This document shows, in pieces, positions 49,611-59,604 of a stretch of 64,000 bases of DNA; within the stretch, counting starts at the first letter, position 1; every line of letters starts with the position of its first letter. Location of the stretch: the NCBI GenBank assembly GCA_965242725.1, contig CBDESZ010000025.1, positions 352,001-416,000 of the forward strand, given 5' to 3'. The position numbers and the translations under genes are program-made. The notes below the pieces were generated by a model. The model was not told where the DNA came from and made no database searches. It worked only from the letters and a program-made list of their open reading frames with translations. This DNA is from Alkalispirochaeta sp. GTDB lineage: Bacteria; Spirochaetota; Spirochaetia; DSM-27196; Alkalispirochaetaceae.

Positions 49611-50353
49611 TCCTCGGGACCGACACATTCAACGCAGTCGCTCCGACGGTGCAGGCAGGCGTGATCCTTCGACAGCAGCCCGTCGGTAATGGATACGGTT
49701 TTTCCCTCGTTCCCGGCGGCCTCTATTCCCGGCGGGAAACACAGCTGAACCGGAAGATAACGGCCCTCTTTCTGAATCGTCGGATCGATGATTTCAGGTG
49801 CATACACCAAATTCACGGAAGCTCGGTCGTGTATCGCGACGGCGGCGCCGTCGACGGGCAACACATTCCGACGGCGGATGCGCAGTGGACGGATCGCCCC
49901 GATCTGGTACTCATGGTGATGGTCGCCGACTGCTGTCCCGTCGTGGTGGCGAGTCCCTCCGCGCGGTGTGTCGGCATCGCTCACGCGGGGTGGCGCGGCG
50001 TACGGTCGCGGATCGTTACGGAACTTGTCGGAGAGATGCGATCCGCCTGTGCGGGCAATGAAGAGCTGCGGCTGTGGATAGGACCGTGCGCCGAGGGAGC
50101 GCGCTACGAGGTTGATGCCGAGTTTCTGGAGTACTTTTCCCACGTACCTGAAGCGTTTCAGCCCCATCCGGAGAATCCGGACAAGAAGCTCTTTGACATA
50201 CGACAGGTTCTCTACCGTGAAATTCGTGCCGCCGGTATACCATCCTCTGCGATCGAGGTAAGCCCGGGAGGGACGATCGGTGATCGTCGGTACCACTCCC
50301 ACCGGCGCGACGGATTTGCCGCCGGACGCATGACCGCCTACGTTACGATGTGA
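49607..50353 (+). CDS. pgeF: YfiH/PgeF (laccase-domain) family protein
   Basis: QIHG, VADCCPV, AHAGWRG, IGP, YEV, SHRRDG. Confidence 0.85.
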   Translation: MILGTDTFNAVAPTVQAGVILRQQPVGNGYGFSLVPGGLYSRRETQLNRKITALFLNRRIDDFRCIHQIHGSSVVYRDGGAVDGQHIPTADAQWTDRPDLVLMVMVADCCPVVVASPSARCVGIAHAGWRGVRSRIVTELVGEMRSACAGNEELRLWIGPCAEGARYEVDAEFLEYFSHVPEAFQPHPENPDKKLFDIRQVLYREIRAAGIPSSAIEVSPGGTIGDRRYHSHRRDGFAAGRMTAYVTM

Positions 50354-50420
50354 CCTGCCGCCGATATTCTGTTGGACGATGAAGGCCGGAATTATTACTT
50401 TGTGTCCTAAGGAGTACAGC

Positions 50421-50987
50421 ATGGCAGATATCATCCCTGAAATTCAAAAACGAAGAGCAAAACGCGCATATAGCGACAAGGCGGTGGACGAGACGACATT
50501 ACGGCGCATCTTTACCGCCGGTACAATGCTGCCGAGCTGCAGCAACAAGCAGCCGTGGCGCTTCCTCATCTGTTCCCGGGAGGAAGGCCTTGAGAAAGCG
50601 AGAGAAGCGCTGAACGGCGGTAACTACTGGGCACGGGTCGCTCCGGTCCTCGTGGTTGTTACCACACGGGACGAGTTTGACTGTCGGCTCAGCGACGACC
50701 GTAACTACGCCCAGTTTGACACGGGTATGGCCGTTGCGGGAATTCTCCTGCAGGCGACACGGGAGGGACTGTATGCCCACCCGATGGCAGGCTTTGACCC
50801 CGCAAAAATACGGGAAAACTTCGGCATAGAAGACGAAACGAGAGTCATTACAATGATAGCCATCGGACATCCCGGTGACGGGAAAAACCTCAATGAAAAG
50901 CACGCCGAATCCGAGGCTTCCGAGCGCAGCCGCAAGGATATTGATGAAGTCATTCAATGGAACAGCTGGAAAAACCTCGATTCCTAG
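50421..50987 (+). CDS. Nitroreductase family protein
   Basis: RRAKRAY, PSCSNKQPWRF, DTGMA, IAIGHP; SD AAGGAG; upstream TGGACG-N17-TACTTT. Confidence 0.92.
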   Translation: MADIIPEIQKRRAKRAYSDKAVDETTLRRIFTAGTMLPSCSNKQPWRFLICSREEGLEKAREALNGGNYWARVAPVLVVVTTRDEFDCRLSDDRNYAQFDTGMAVAGILLQATREGLYAHPMAGFDPAKIRENFGIEDETRVITMIAIGHPGDGKNLNEKHAESEASERSRKDIDEVIQWNSWKNLDS

Positions 50988-51002
50988 GAAGAGCGCGGTA
51001 AC

Positions 51003-52139
51003 TCAGAGGCCAAGGCCGAGCCGATGGGCGACGGCCTTGGCGTATTCTACAAGGCCGTAGTGGTCATTGAGGCGGGTGTGTTCCCACGCGGTAAGGCAGT
51101 GAAGTTCCTCGTCACACCTGTCGCTGAGGGCCGTTGCGAGATGAATGGCGTCGTCGACGGCCTTGGCCGTTCCCGATCCGATGTGGGGGCGCGCCAGGCT
51201 CGCGGCGTCGCCGATGAGGACGACCTTGCCGAAGACGAGGCGCGGAATGGTGAGGTCTTCGATCTTCTGAATAAACGGAAGGGGCGTCTTGAGGACCACC
51301 TCCGCAAAGGGCGGAGAGAGCTCTTCCGCAGCGCGACGTTCCATGTACTGCCGCGTTTCCGGGGTCATCAGGTTGCGTCCCACCGTCGCCCGGTGTTCAT
51401 ACCCTTCCGTATCGGTCATAAGCCGGGAGAGACGGGGTCCTGCGGGAATGTTCTCGTACCATACCCAGTTGATCCGGCGTCGTCCCGATTTAACGGAACC
51501 CGTTTCGCCGGGGACCTCATAGACGACGATCGTCGTTTCTCGACCCTCAAAGATGTTGAGGGCGCCGCTTATCGTCTCTATCGTTTCGGCTGATACCATT
51601 CCCTCGTCGATCATGCCGCGCCACGCGACGTAGCCGGCGTAGGTGGGTGCGATTCCGGGGAGGAGCAGCCTCCGTGAAAGCGATCCGATCCCGTCGGCGG
51701 CGATCACGACGTCTCCATGATCGGTCGTACCGTCACTCAACTCTACAACGCCGGGAGCACCCCAGTCGGGAATATCGATCATAGCCAGACCCCGATCGAT
51801 ATTTTCCGGACCGACGACGGACTCAAGCTCCCTGAGGAGAACGTCCCAGGAAGTATATGCCGCCGCCGTTTCCGGCATCTGCGCCACCTCGCCGTTCTTG
51901 CGGTATATCCGTCGCATTGTCGCGGGTATGCTTGCGATTCCGGGAAACGCGACGCCGTGTTTTTCCAGGTACTCAAGCATGCGGCGCTGAACGACCACAC
52001 CGCCGCCGCTGCGGGAGGGTTCGGTCGCCTTCTCTATGACGCGTACCTTCCAGTCCTGGCACGAGAGTCCCGCCGCCGCTACCAGTCCCGCATATGATGC
52101 CCCAATGATAATCGCCCGTCTCGGAGAACTGCTCGTCAT
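51003..52139 (-). CDS. FAD-dependent monooxygenase (2,6-dihydroxypyridine hydroxylase-like family)
   Basis: IIGASYAGL, ADGIGS, YAGYVAWRG, NWVWY, LIGDAASLARPH. Confidence 0.85.
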   Translation of the reverse strand: MTSSSPRRAIIIGASYAGLVAAAGLSCQDWKVRVIEKATEPSRSGGGVVVQRRMLEYLEKHGVAFPGIASIPATMRRIYRKNGEVAQMPETAAAYTSWDVLLRELESVVGPENIDRGLAMIDIPDWGAPGVVELSDGTTDHGDVVIAADGIGSLSRRLLLPGIAPTYAGYVAWRGMIDEGMVSAETIETISGALNIFEGRETTIVVYEVPGETGSVKSGRRRINWVWYENIPAGPRLSRLMTDTEGYEHRATVGRNLMTPETRQYMERRAAEELSPPFAEVVLKTPLPFIQKIEDLTIPRLVFGKVVLIGDAASLARPHIGSGTAKAVDDAIHLATALSDRCDEELHCLTAWEHTRLNDHYGLVEYAKAVAHRLGLGL

Positions 52140-52145
52140 AGGTTG

Positions 52146-52191
52146 AGAATAGCTCCTCTCCCTTTGCAGGTAAAGAAGGTGCGTATACACT
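52146..52191. promoter_or_regulatory. Divergent sigma70 promoters, both with leaderless geometry
   Basis: Minus: TTTACC-N17-TATTCT-N6-ATG(52139). Plus: TTGCAG-N16-TACACT-N6-ATG(52198). Confidence 0.6.
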
Positions 52192-52197
52192 GTCTTC

Positions 52198-52539
52198 ATG
52201 ACACCGCAAATCATCGGAACGAAAAAGTCCGCCGGTTTTCGCTCATGCGTTCGCTTTTGCCAGGAACGGGGTATCTCCTTTCAGACCCGGGACCCCTTTG
52301 ACGCCCCCCTGGCGGACGGAGAATTGGAATCGATTCTGCTGAGCGGAGGGGTGCGTCCTGACGACCTCATCGACAAGGAAGGGAAAACGTACAGCAAACG
52401 GGGTATGGCGTGGATGGAATATGATCCCATCGAGGAAATTCGGGCCGATCCGGCGCTTCTCCGACAGCCCATCATACGTACCGACCGGGGAACGGTCATA
52501 GAGCCGGATCAGAGCGATCTGGAACGGCTCCTTGCATGA
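52198..52539 (+). CDS. ArsC/Spx/YffB family protein
   Basis: QIIGTKK, RFCQERGI, PALLRQPIIR. Confidence 0.8.
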   Translation: MTPQIIGTKKSAGFRSCVRFCQERGISFQTRDPFDAPLADGELESILLSGGVRPDDLIDKEGKTYSKRGMAWMEYDPIEEIRADPALLRQPIIRTDRGTVIEPDQSDLERLLA

Positions 52540-52561
52540 TCAGAGGGGAGAACGCAAAAGG

Positions 52562-52840
52562 ATGAGCACCTTACACGATCTGCGCGCCGAAATCGATCGT
52601 CTTGACGCTGCCCTTGTGTATATCGTGGCGCAGCGCTTTCATTGCACCGAAATGGTCGGGGAGATAAAACGGGATCACCGGCTCCCGACCTATGACGGGG
52701 ATCGGGAGGAACGGCAGAAAGCGCGTCTGAGGCGACTTGCAGAAGATGCGGATATTTCCTACTCGATAATCGAAGACCTTTTTGAAACGATTACGGATCG
52801 GGTCAAAGCGCGACACGATCAGTTGAAGAAAATGGAGTGA
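52562..52840 (+). CDS. Chorismate mutase (AroQ/type II)
   Basis: LRAEIDRLD...QRF...VGEIK...DREE. Confidence 0.85.
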   Translation: MSTLHDLRAEIDRLDAALVYIVAQRFHCTEMVGEIKRDHRLPTYDGDREERQKARLRRLAEDADISYSIIEDLFETITDRVKARHDQLKKME

Positions 52841-52866
52841 TCGAGCCGGGACGGCGGTGGGGGCGG

Positions 52867-53427
52867 TTATACGCTCTCTTCCTCCCTGGTAAACTCAGTC
52901 TCGTCTTCCGGGTTTTCCGGTTTATTGGCCCGAATCAGTTCTCCCAGGGGATCGGGAGTATCAACATACTCCCTGATACGGAAGTACATGGGGTTATCCT
53001 TGCGTTCTGCCGAATCGGGGGCGCTGTCGCTCTGAAAATCGTGAAAGTTCTGCAGCTCTCCGTAGAGGCGGGAAAACCGGTCGTGCCATCGGAGCGCTTC
53101 CTCCTGATGCTGATGGAGGTAATCGAGAAGTTCCGCCCGGTCCACCGAGGTGATACGCGTCTCGGCGTCGCGGTAGCTGTCGTGGATGCCCACAAGCAGG
53201 GTGTGCCATATGGCGAAAAATACGTCCTGATTTGAAGCGTTGCAACGGGGACAATAGAGTTGCTCCCGGACGATGCCGTTCAATATGGGAGAACCGGACA
53301 CAACATCGCCTACGCGATATTCCCGCAAACCCGGGTCGAATACTTTTGTCTGGACCTCCCCTATGGAAGCGCCGCAGCTGGTACATGTACAGGGAGGGTT
53401 GATGTAGACGGTATCAAATATGCCCAT
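52867..53427 (-). CDS. Hypothetical zinc-ribbon protein
   Basis: MGIFDTV start; CTSC and CPRC pairs; upstream TTGCGC-N17-TACCAT-N6-ATG. Confidence 0.75.
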   Translation of the reverse strand: MGIFDTVYINPPCTCTSCGASIGEVQTKVFDPGLREYRVGDVVSGSPILNGIVREQLYCPRCNASNQDVFFAIWHTLLVGIHDSYRDAETRITSVDRAELLDYLHQHQEEALRWHDRFSRLYGELQNFHDFQSDSAPDSAERKDNPMYFRIREYVDTPDPLGELIRANKPENPEDETEFTREEESV

Positions 53428-53521
53428 GCAGCTATGGTAGTATCCTTCCGTGATGAGCGCAAGATAGCGAACCCGGGAGGCAGACCTTTTGTCCAGGCGG
53501 CGGTACAATGTGTGTGGAGGA

Positions 53522-54457
53522 ATGATGGCCAGACATTCGGTGATAATCGATACCGACCCGGGAATTGACGATGCCATGGCGATTTTCTACGCCCTGTCGT
53601 CACCGGAAATCGACGTCCTGGGACTTACCACGGTATACGGAAACGTGGCGGTTGACCTGTCGACGGAGAATGCCCTGAGGGTTCTGGAGGTCGCCGGCGC
53701 GCCGGATATCCCGGTCACCCGGGGCGCCGCCCGCCCACTTTCGCGACCGTATCGCGGTCCGGCCGATTTTGTTCACGGCAGAGACGGCCGGGGCGAGGTA
53801 CACCTCCCGCCGCCGACGGTGAAACCGAAGGCGCAACGTGCGACGGAGTTCATTATAGAGACGATCGCGTCACGACCGGGTGACGTAACTCTGGTCACAC
53901 TTGGACCGCTCACCAACCTCGCTCTTGTGCTCCTTGAACGCCCGGAAACGGCGTACCAGGTCAGGGAGGTCGTTGCGATGGGAGGGAATGTCCATGTTCC
54001 GGGCAATGCCTCTGCGGCGGGGGAAGCAAATATCCTCAATGATCCGGAAGCGGCGGATCTGGTCCTCTCCGCTCCATGGCCGGTGACCCTCTGCGGTCTC
54101 GATGTGACCCATAGAATCACGATGTCACCGGAGGACCTTGAGCGTATATATCGCGTGGACAATGCGATCTGCCGGTATCTGTCAAAAATCGTTCCCTTTT
54201 ACCACGCCTTTTATCAAGCCCATACGGGCGGGAGCGGAATATATGTGCACGACTCGACGACGATTTCCTATCTGCTGCACCCTCAGATTTTTTCAGTAGA
54301 AAAGGTTCCCGTTCGGGTGGATACTTCCGATGGTATCGGCCGGGGAAAGACGTGGCCTTCGAAGGACGGTGAGCGGCCGGAGGTTACCGTGTGTATCGAC
54401 GTAGACGGACGCGCGGCGGTGGAATATGAATTAGCCGCCCTTGATCGGAGGGAGTGA
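53522..54457 (+). CDS. Nucleoside hydrolase (IU-NH/Rih family)
   Basis: DTDPGIDD, VHGRDG, LGPLTNLA, EANILNDPEAA, VHD. Confidence 0.93.
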   Translation: MMARHSVIIDTDPGIDDAMAIFYALSSPEIDVLGLTTVYGNVAVDLSTENALRVLEVAGAPDIPVTRGAARPLSRPYRGPADFVHGRDGRGEVHLPPPTVKPKAQRATEFIIETIASRPGDVTLVTLGPLTNLALVLLERPETAYQVREVVAMGGNVHVPGNASAAGEANILNDPEAADLVLSAPWPVTLCGLDVTHRITMSPEDLERIYRVDNAICRYLSKIVPFYHAFYQAHTGGSGIYVHDSTTISYLLHPQIFSVEKVPVRVDTSDGIGRGKTWPSKDGERPEVTVCIDVDGRAAVEYELAALDRRE

Positions 54458-54544
54458 CGGGGAGTCTTGTAACGACGTGTGCGGTGCGTGACGCCTGCTG
54501 TCCACAACCGTGCGGGTGGTGTGGGACGGCCCGGTAGCGGCGGG

Positions 54545-55384
54545 TCACCTTCCATCCGTATGACCCACGTTACGGCCCTTCCGCTGTATGATGTTCTGGA
54601 GTTCCCGATGGAGCGGCGCAGGGGCGGTGCACCACGTATAGGGCCGGCGCCAGCGTTCATTGTCAACCGGAAACGTGACGGGTTCACCGAAAAAACCGGT
54701 GTAGATACCGCCCGCCTCCTCGATGATGAGGGCGGGCGCGACGTTGTCCCAGATCATGCTTGATCGGTTGACGCATCCGCCGTAGGCACCGCAGGCGACC
54801 ATCATCTGGTCGAAGACGCTGTTGCTGCTTCGCACGTTGCGACAGGAGAGGACGATATCGGCGAGGAGGGCCGTTTCGCCGTAGGTGAGTTCCGGTTCTT
54901 CCCGATGGCTGTCCATGCCGAAGGCCACCAGTGTGGAAAGGAGAGACCGCTCACGGCTGACTGAGATCCTCTCGCCGTTCCGGAACGCACCGCACCCCCG
55001 TTCTGCGATGTAGAGCTCTTCAAGTGCCGGCAAAATGACACCGGCGGCAATGGGTGTTTCCCCCTGGAGCAGACCCATCATGATTCCGAAGAACGGTGTT
55101 CCGGCGGCGAAATTGCTTGTGCCGTCGATGGGGTCGATAACCCAGGTATAGACGGGACTGTCGCCGTCCCTCCCCGGCGTGTAGCCCTCCTCCTCGTCGA
55201 TGATTCCGTGGGCGGGGTAGTGAAGGTGAATGCGCCGTGCCACTTCCCGGCCCACCGCGAGGTCCGCCTCCGTCAGCACCTGATTGGGGTCTCCCCCCTT
55301 CAACGACGGGGATACCGCACCGAAATAGTCATTTGCAATCACGGACGCCGCCTGCAGCGTTTTCTCTATGAACTGCCGGTACAT
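54545..55384 (-). CDS. Inositol monophosphatase family protein
   Basis: TEAD, DEE, WVIDPIDGTSNF, WDNV...EEAGG. Confidence 0.92.
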   Translation of the reverse strand: MYRQFIEKTLQAASVIANDYFGAVSPSLKGGDPNQVLTEADLAVGREVARRIHLHYPAHGIIDEEEGYTPGRDGDSPVYTWVIDPIDGTSNFAAGTPFFGIMMGLLQGETPIAAGVILPALEELYIAERGCGAFRNGERISVSRERSLLSTLVAFGMDSHREEPELTYGETALLADIVLSCRNVRSSNSVFDQMMVACGAYGGCVNRSSMIWDNVAPALIIEEAGGIYTGFFGEPVTFPVDNERWRRPYTWCTAPAPLHRELQNIIQRKGRNVGHTDGR

Positions 55385-55415
55385 AAAGTCTCCTCTCGCC
55401 CTTCTATTGACGCGT

Positions 55416-56054
55416 CTATGGGCAGCTCAGACCCGTTACGGGAATGCGGGGATAGTGCCGCCGGAGATCTTCCGCCAGTGTTGCCGGATCGACAAAGGGG
55501 AGGGCGTGAAATCCAGCCTCCCTGGCGCCTTCGACGTTGTGGATCAAGTCGTCAATAAAGAGAATCTCCCCGGGGGGCACTGCCATCTCTTCCCGGGCCC
55601 TCATGAAAATACGCTTGTCCGGTTTGTTGATGCCGATCCACCCCGAGAGGACGACCGTTTCAAAGTAGTCCGGAAGAACGCTGTGTCTGATGATGAGGTC
55701 GTAGGTCTCCGCCGCCATATTGGAAATGATGAGACGACGGTATCCTTCTTTCCGCAGCGCCGAAATCCATCGCACCATGGCGGGTCTGATTGAAGACCAG
55801 CCGACTCCGTCGAGATGCATCAGGACGTCAAATGTCTCCTGATCTATACGGCGGCCGCAGTGGGCGAGGACCTTCCCCCAATAGCCGTGAGCGTCCAGCT
55901 CTCCCGAGTCATAGGAGTTGCGAAACTTCCAGAGCCCCTCGATAAAGAGTTCCCTGGGGGCACCGGCCGCCTCCGCCATGTGGCAAAGAAAGATGTCGTC
56001 AATTTTGGTGACGAGAACGCCGCCGAAGTCGAATGCGATTGTTGTAATGTCCAT
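55416..56054 (-). CDS. HAD family phosphatase (YihX-like)
   Basis: FDFGGVL, ISN, KPD, FIDD..NV.GA. Confidence 0.9.
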   Translation of the reverse strand: MDITTIAFDFGGVLVTKIDDIFLCHMAEAAGAPRELFIEGLWKFRNSYDSGELDAHGYWGKVLAHCGRRIDQETFDVLMHLDGVGWSSIRPAMVRWISALRKEGYRRLIISNMAAETYDLIIRHSVLPDYFETVVLSGWIGINKPDKRIFMRAREEMAVPPGEILFIDDLIHNVEGAREAGFHALPFVDPATLAEDLRRHYPRIPVTGLSCP

Positions 56055-56065
56055 ATGGTGTACTC

Positions 56066-57937
56066 CTACATCGTGATGCCCGACGATCCGTCCCAACGGA
56101 CGAATCCCTCTATCGCTTCATATTCGGCAAGACCCAGCCGGTCATAGAGTCGCGCCGTCTCCGCGTTCCGCGCCTCCGAGCGCTGCCAGAATTCTCTCGT
56201 ATCGGCCCCGGGAAAGAGGGCGCGGTCCTTCTGGGATTCATGTTTAAAAATGGCGATCCGTTTGCGTTCAACTTCCTGCGGACTCAAGGGGACGGCCATT
56301 TCGATCTCATCGACGGGCCACTCCTGCCATGCGCCGCGATAGAGCCAGACGACACAGTCCGTATACCACGGTTCGTCGGTGCATTCCCGCAGCGCCTGCA
56401 GAAGAATGCTCAGACACGTCCTGTGTGTTCCGTGGGGATCGGACAGGTCGCCCGCTGCGTAAATCTGATGAGGACGGAGGGAGCGAAGCAGTGCCGCAGT
56501 CTCGGCGATGTCGGCGGTAGAAATCGGCTTCTTCCTGATACGACCGGTCCGGTAAAAGGGGAGATCCTGAAAATGGAGCCGTTCCTCGGGAACACCGCAG
56601 CACCGTGCGGCGGCACGCGCCTCATTGCGGCGGATCAGTCCCTTGATCTCCCGGACATACTCGCTGTCCACCTCTCCGGGTTCCTTGTTGCGGAGAAAGC
56701 GATCGACGTGGGCGTCGATATCGGCAACTCTGGAACTGCGGACGTCAAACTGGTCGCAGAACTCTTTGACGAAATCGGAATAGCGAAGTGCATCCTCGTC
56801 GAAGACGGCGATATTGCCCGATGTCTGGTACGCGATATGTACCTCATGGCCGTGGTCGGCAAGCCGTATCAGGGTGCCGCCCATGGAGATCACGTCGTCG
56901 TCGGGGTGGGGAGAGAAGACGACGACCCGCTTTGGAAATACCTCACCCGACGTCTCCGGTTTCCCTCCGGGCCAGCCGGTTATGGTGGACTGAAAGTGGC
57001 GGAAGACTCTGATGTTGATATCATAGGCGCTCCCGCGGGTATAAAGCAGCTCCTGAAGGCCACCTTCGTTGTAATCCTCCTCGGTGAGTTTCAATATCGC
57101 CTTGCCCGTGGATGATGCAAGCATTCGTACGGCGCGACGGGCGATCGTATCGGTCCACTCCACGGTCCCGCATTTCCAGGGTGTGCGATACTCGCAGAGT
57201 CGTCCGGCCGCCGATTCATCCATGACGAGCGTTGCATCAGGGTGATTCCGCAGGTGAGAGGCGGGAGTCTGGACATCCTCGGGTTCTTCAAGGATACGTG
57301 CCGCAATGTCCGCCCGGTCTTCACCAAGGGCGATGACCACTATTTTTCGCGCTTCCAGGATGGTTGCGATACCGACGGTCAGAGCGCGACGGGGTACATT
57401 TTCAGTTCCGAAGAAATCTGCGGCAAGGGAGTAGCGCCGTTTTCGGTCAATATTGACGAGGCGTGTCCTGCCGGTCGGATCGGTACCGTATCCATTGAAT
57501 CCGATGTGTCCGGTGTGGGAGATGCCGGGAAGGGCGATGTCAATTCCTCCCGCGGCGGAGATCTTCTCTTCATAGTCACGACAATACCGGGATGCTTCCT
57601 CCACGGCGACCGTTCCGTCAAGGAGATGAAGGTTTGCCCGGGGCAGGTCGAGGTGATCCGTAAGGAGCTCCCTGATTTCTCTGGACTGGCTTTGCACTTC
57701 GTTCTCCGCCATGGGGAGATACTGATCGAGGCTGAAGATGTGGACGTTCTGAAACGAAAGTTTTTCCTCGTGATGAATGCGGATCAGTTCGCGCCACACC
57801 CCTGTCCAGGCGGTGTCAGTCGAAAGGGCGAGCACGCATTTCCCTTTTTCCCCGTTCCGGGAGGTGATCGCCCCGGCGATTTCGCGCGCCGCGTTGCGTT
57901 CCGCCTCAGCGACGCCGGGAAAGACAGTTTTCCTCAT
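56066..57937 (-). CDS. Glucosamine-6-phosphate deaminase-like domain fused to a PIG-L deacetylase domain (long NagB type)
   Basis: GGID, GHIGFN, PASHL in the N-terminal domain; SPHPDDD, QTSG, DPHGTH, HESQ in the C-terminal domain. Confidence 0.88.
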   Translation of the reverse strand: MRKTVFPGVAEAERNAAREIAGAITSRNGEKGKCVLALSTDTAWTGVWRELIRIHHEEKLSFQNVHIFSLDQYLPMAENEVQSQSREIRELLTDHLDLPRANLHLLDGTVAVEEASRYCRDYEEKISAAGGIDIALPGISHTGHIGFNGYGTDPTGRTRLVNIDRKRRYSLAADFFGTENVPRRALTVGIATILEARKIVVIALGEDRADIAARILEEPEDVQTPASHLRNHPDATLVMDESAAGRLCEYRTPWKCGTVEWTDTIARRAVRMLASSTGKAILKLTEEDYNEGGLQELLYTRGSAYDINIRVFRHFQSTITGWPGGKPETSGEVFPKRVVVFSPHPDDDVISMGGTLIRLADHGHEVHIAYQTSGNIAVFDEDALRYSDFVKEFCDQFDVRSSRVADIDAHVDRFLRNKEPGEVDSEYVREIKGLIRRNEARAAARCCGVPEERLHFQDLPFYRTGRIRKKPISTADIAETAALLRSLRPHQIYAAGDLSDPHGTHRTCLSILLQALRECTDEPWYTDCVVWLYRGAWQEWPVDEIEMAVPLSPQEVERKRIAIFKHESQKDRALFPGADTREFWQRSEARNAETARLYDRLGLAEYEAIEGFVRWDGSSGITM

Positions 57938-57950
57938 TGCATATCCACCG

Positions 57951-59603
57951 TTACACGATATGGCGCCGACTGTCGCCGAAGAGGTTGAGGACAAAGAGGG
58001 CGATACCCGTTGCGGCGAGAAGGATCGTCGCCATCGCCGATCCGGGGCCGAAATATCCGTCCATGACGGAGAGGTAAATACGAATGGGCATGGTGATCGT
58101 ACCGCCGACGTACAGGAGAATGGAAGCGGAAAGCTCGTTTATCGCGGTAATCCAGCTCAGAATCGCGCCGGAAAGGATTCCGGGGATCATGAGGGGCAGG
58201 GCGATCTTGCGGAACGCCCGCGCCGGCGGAGCACCGAGACTGACACCCGCCTCCTCCAGGGCCGGATCGATCTGTTGCAGTATTGAAACCGCCGACCGTA
58301 CCGAATAGGGCAGCCGCCGTATGAAGTAGGCAAGGATGATAATGGTGGCAGTTCCATACAGGACGATGGGTGGGCGGTTGAAGGCGGTGATGAATCCGAT
58401 ACCCAGAACCGTTCCGGGGAGAATGTAGGGGCTCATGAGCAGGGTGTCGAGAACGTTGTTGGCGGCGTTCTTCCGTCGGCTCAGGACAAACCCGATCAGC
58501 GTTCCCACAATCACGATAAGTATTACCGACGAAATCGAGAAAATGAGACTGTTGGTAATCGCCTGGGGCACATCGAATATGACGCGGCGGAAACTGTCGA
58601 GACCTAATCCCGGGGCAAAGACGGGACCGCTGGTATTCCGAAATGCGAATATCACCACCACCACCATGGGAATGGTGCTCAAGGCGACGATCAGGTATGA
58701 AATTCCATGGGCAAGGACGTTCTTCATCCCTTTGAGACGGATGACGACGGGGCGGTTCAACAACAGACTCGTGTACTTCCGCCTGCCCGCGGCGTAGCGC
58801 TGGAGGAAGATGGCGACACTTGCGGCAAGGACGAGAATGATACTGATCGTCGAGGCCATGGCCGGTCGCGTGGCCACCTCGCTTGTGTACATGTTGTAGG
58901 CCATCGTCGGCAGCACACGGTAGCGGCCGCCGATGATCATCGGTGTGCCGAAGTTCGCCAGAGAGAGCATGAACGCAAGAAGTGCTCCCGAGGTGATGGA
59001 CGGAATGACAAGGGGCAGGGTTACCCGAAAAAATTTGCGAAATGGCTTTGCTCCCAGGTTTTCCGCCGCCTCTTCAAGGGAGCGGTCCACCGTCTGCAAC
59101 CCTCCGGAGGTGAGAAGGTAGACAAAGGGATAGAATTGCAGGGTGTATACGATAATGATTCCCACGGGCCCGTAAATCGCCGGAAAATCGATGCCCACCG
59201 TCATGAGAAGCTGGCGAAGAAATCCGTTCCGTCCAAGCATGACGATCCACGCGTAGGCGCCCAGAAAGGGCGGCGTCAGCAGCGCGAGGGTGGCAAGGGT
59301 GGCAAGAATCGCGCTGCCCCTGATGCGATAGCGGGTGGTGAAAAATGCCAATGGTACACCCAGGAGTACCGCTCCCAATGTGCCGCCCAGGGAGACGACG
59401 ATACTGTTCAGCAGTGCCCGGGCGTAATAGGGGGTGGTGATAAAGGTGATGTAATTGCCGAGGCCGAATGCTCCACTGTCGGCGTCAAAGAAGCTTTCCC
59501 GGATGATTGTAAATACCGGCAGGAGGATGAGGATACCGAACACAAGGTACCCGCCTGCGGTAACTGCAGACCAGAATCCGTTTTTTCGAAACCAGTTCAG
59601 CAT
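57951..59603 (-). CDS. ABC transporter permease (FbpB/AfuB family)
   Basis: Duplicated TM domain with two EAA loops (SLEEAAENLGA, ALEEAGVSLGA); FGTP. Confidence 0.92.
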   Translation of the reverse strand: MLNWFRKNGFWSAVTAGGYLVFGILILLPVFTIIRESFFDADSGAFGLGNYITFITTPYYARALLNSIVVSLGGTLGAVLLGVPLAFFTTRYRIRGSAILATLATLALLTPPFLGAYAWIVMLGRNGFLRQLLMTVGIDFPAIYGPVGIIIVYTLQFYPFVYLLTSGGLQTVDRSLEEAAENLGAKPFRKFFRVTLPLVIPSITSGALLAFMLSLANFGTPMIIGGRYRVLPTMAYNMYTSEVATRPAMASTISIILVLAASVAIFLQRYAAGRRKYTSLLLNRPVVIRLKGMKNVLAHGISYLIVALSTIPMVVVVIFAFRNTSGPVFAPGLGLDSFRRVIFDVPQAITNSLIFSISSVILIVIVGTLIGFVLSRRKNAANNVLDTLLMSPYILPGTVLGIGFITAFNRPPIVLYGTATIIILAYFIRRLPYSVRSAVSILQQIDPALEEAGVSLGAPPARAFRKIALPLMIPGILSGAILSWITAINELSASILLYVGGTITMPIRIYLSVMDGYFGPGSAMATILLAATGIALFVLNLFGDSRRHIV

Positions 59604-59604
59604 G

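Noticed and set aside
54458..54544. DnaA-box-like CTGTCCACA and an imperfect hairpin in a convergent gap
   Set aside because: A single two-mismatch copy is not origin evidence; the hairpin is too imperfect to call.
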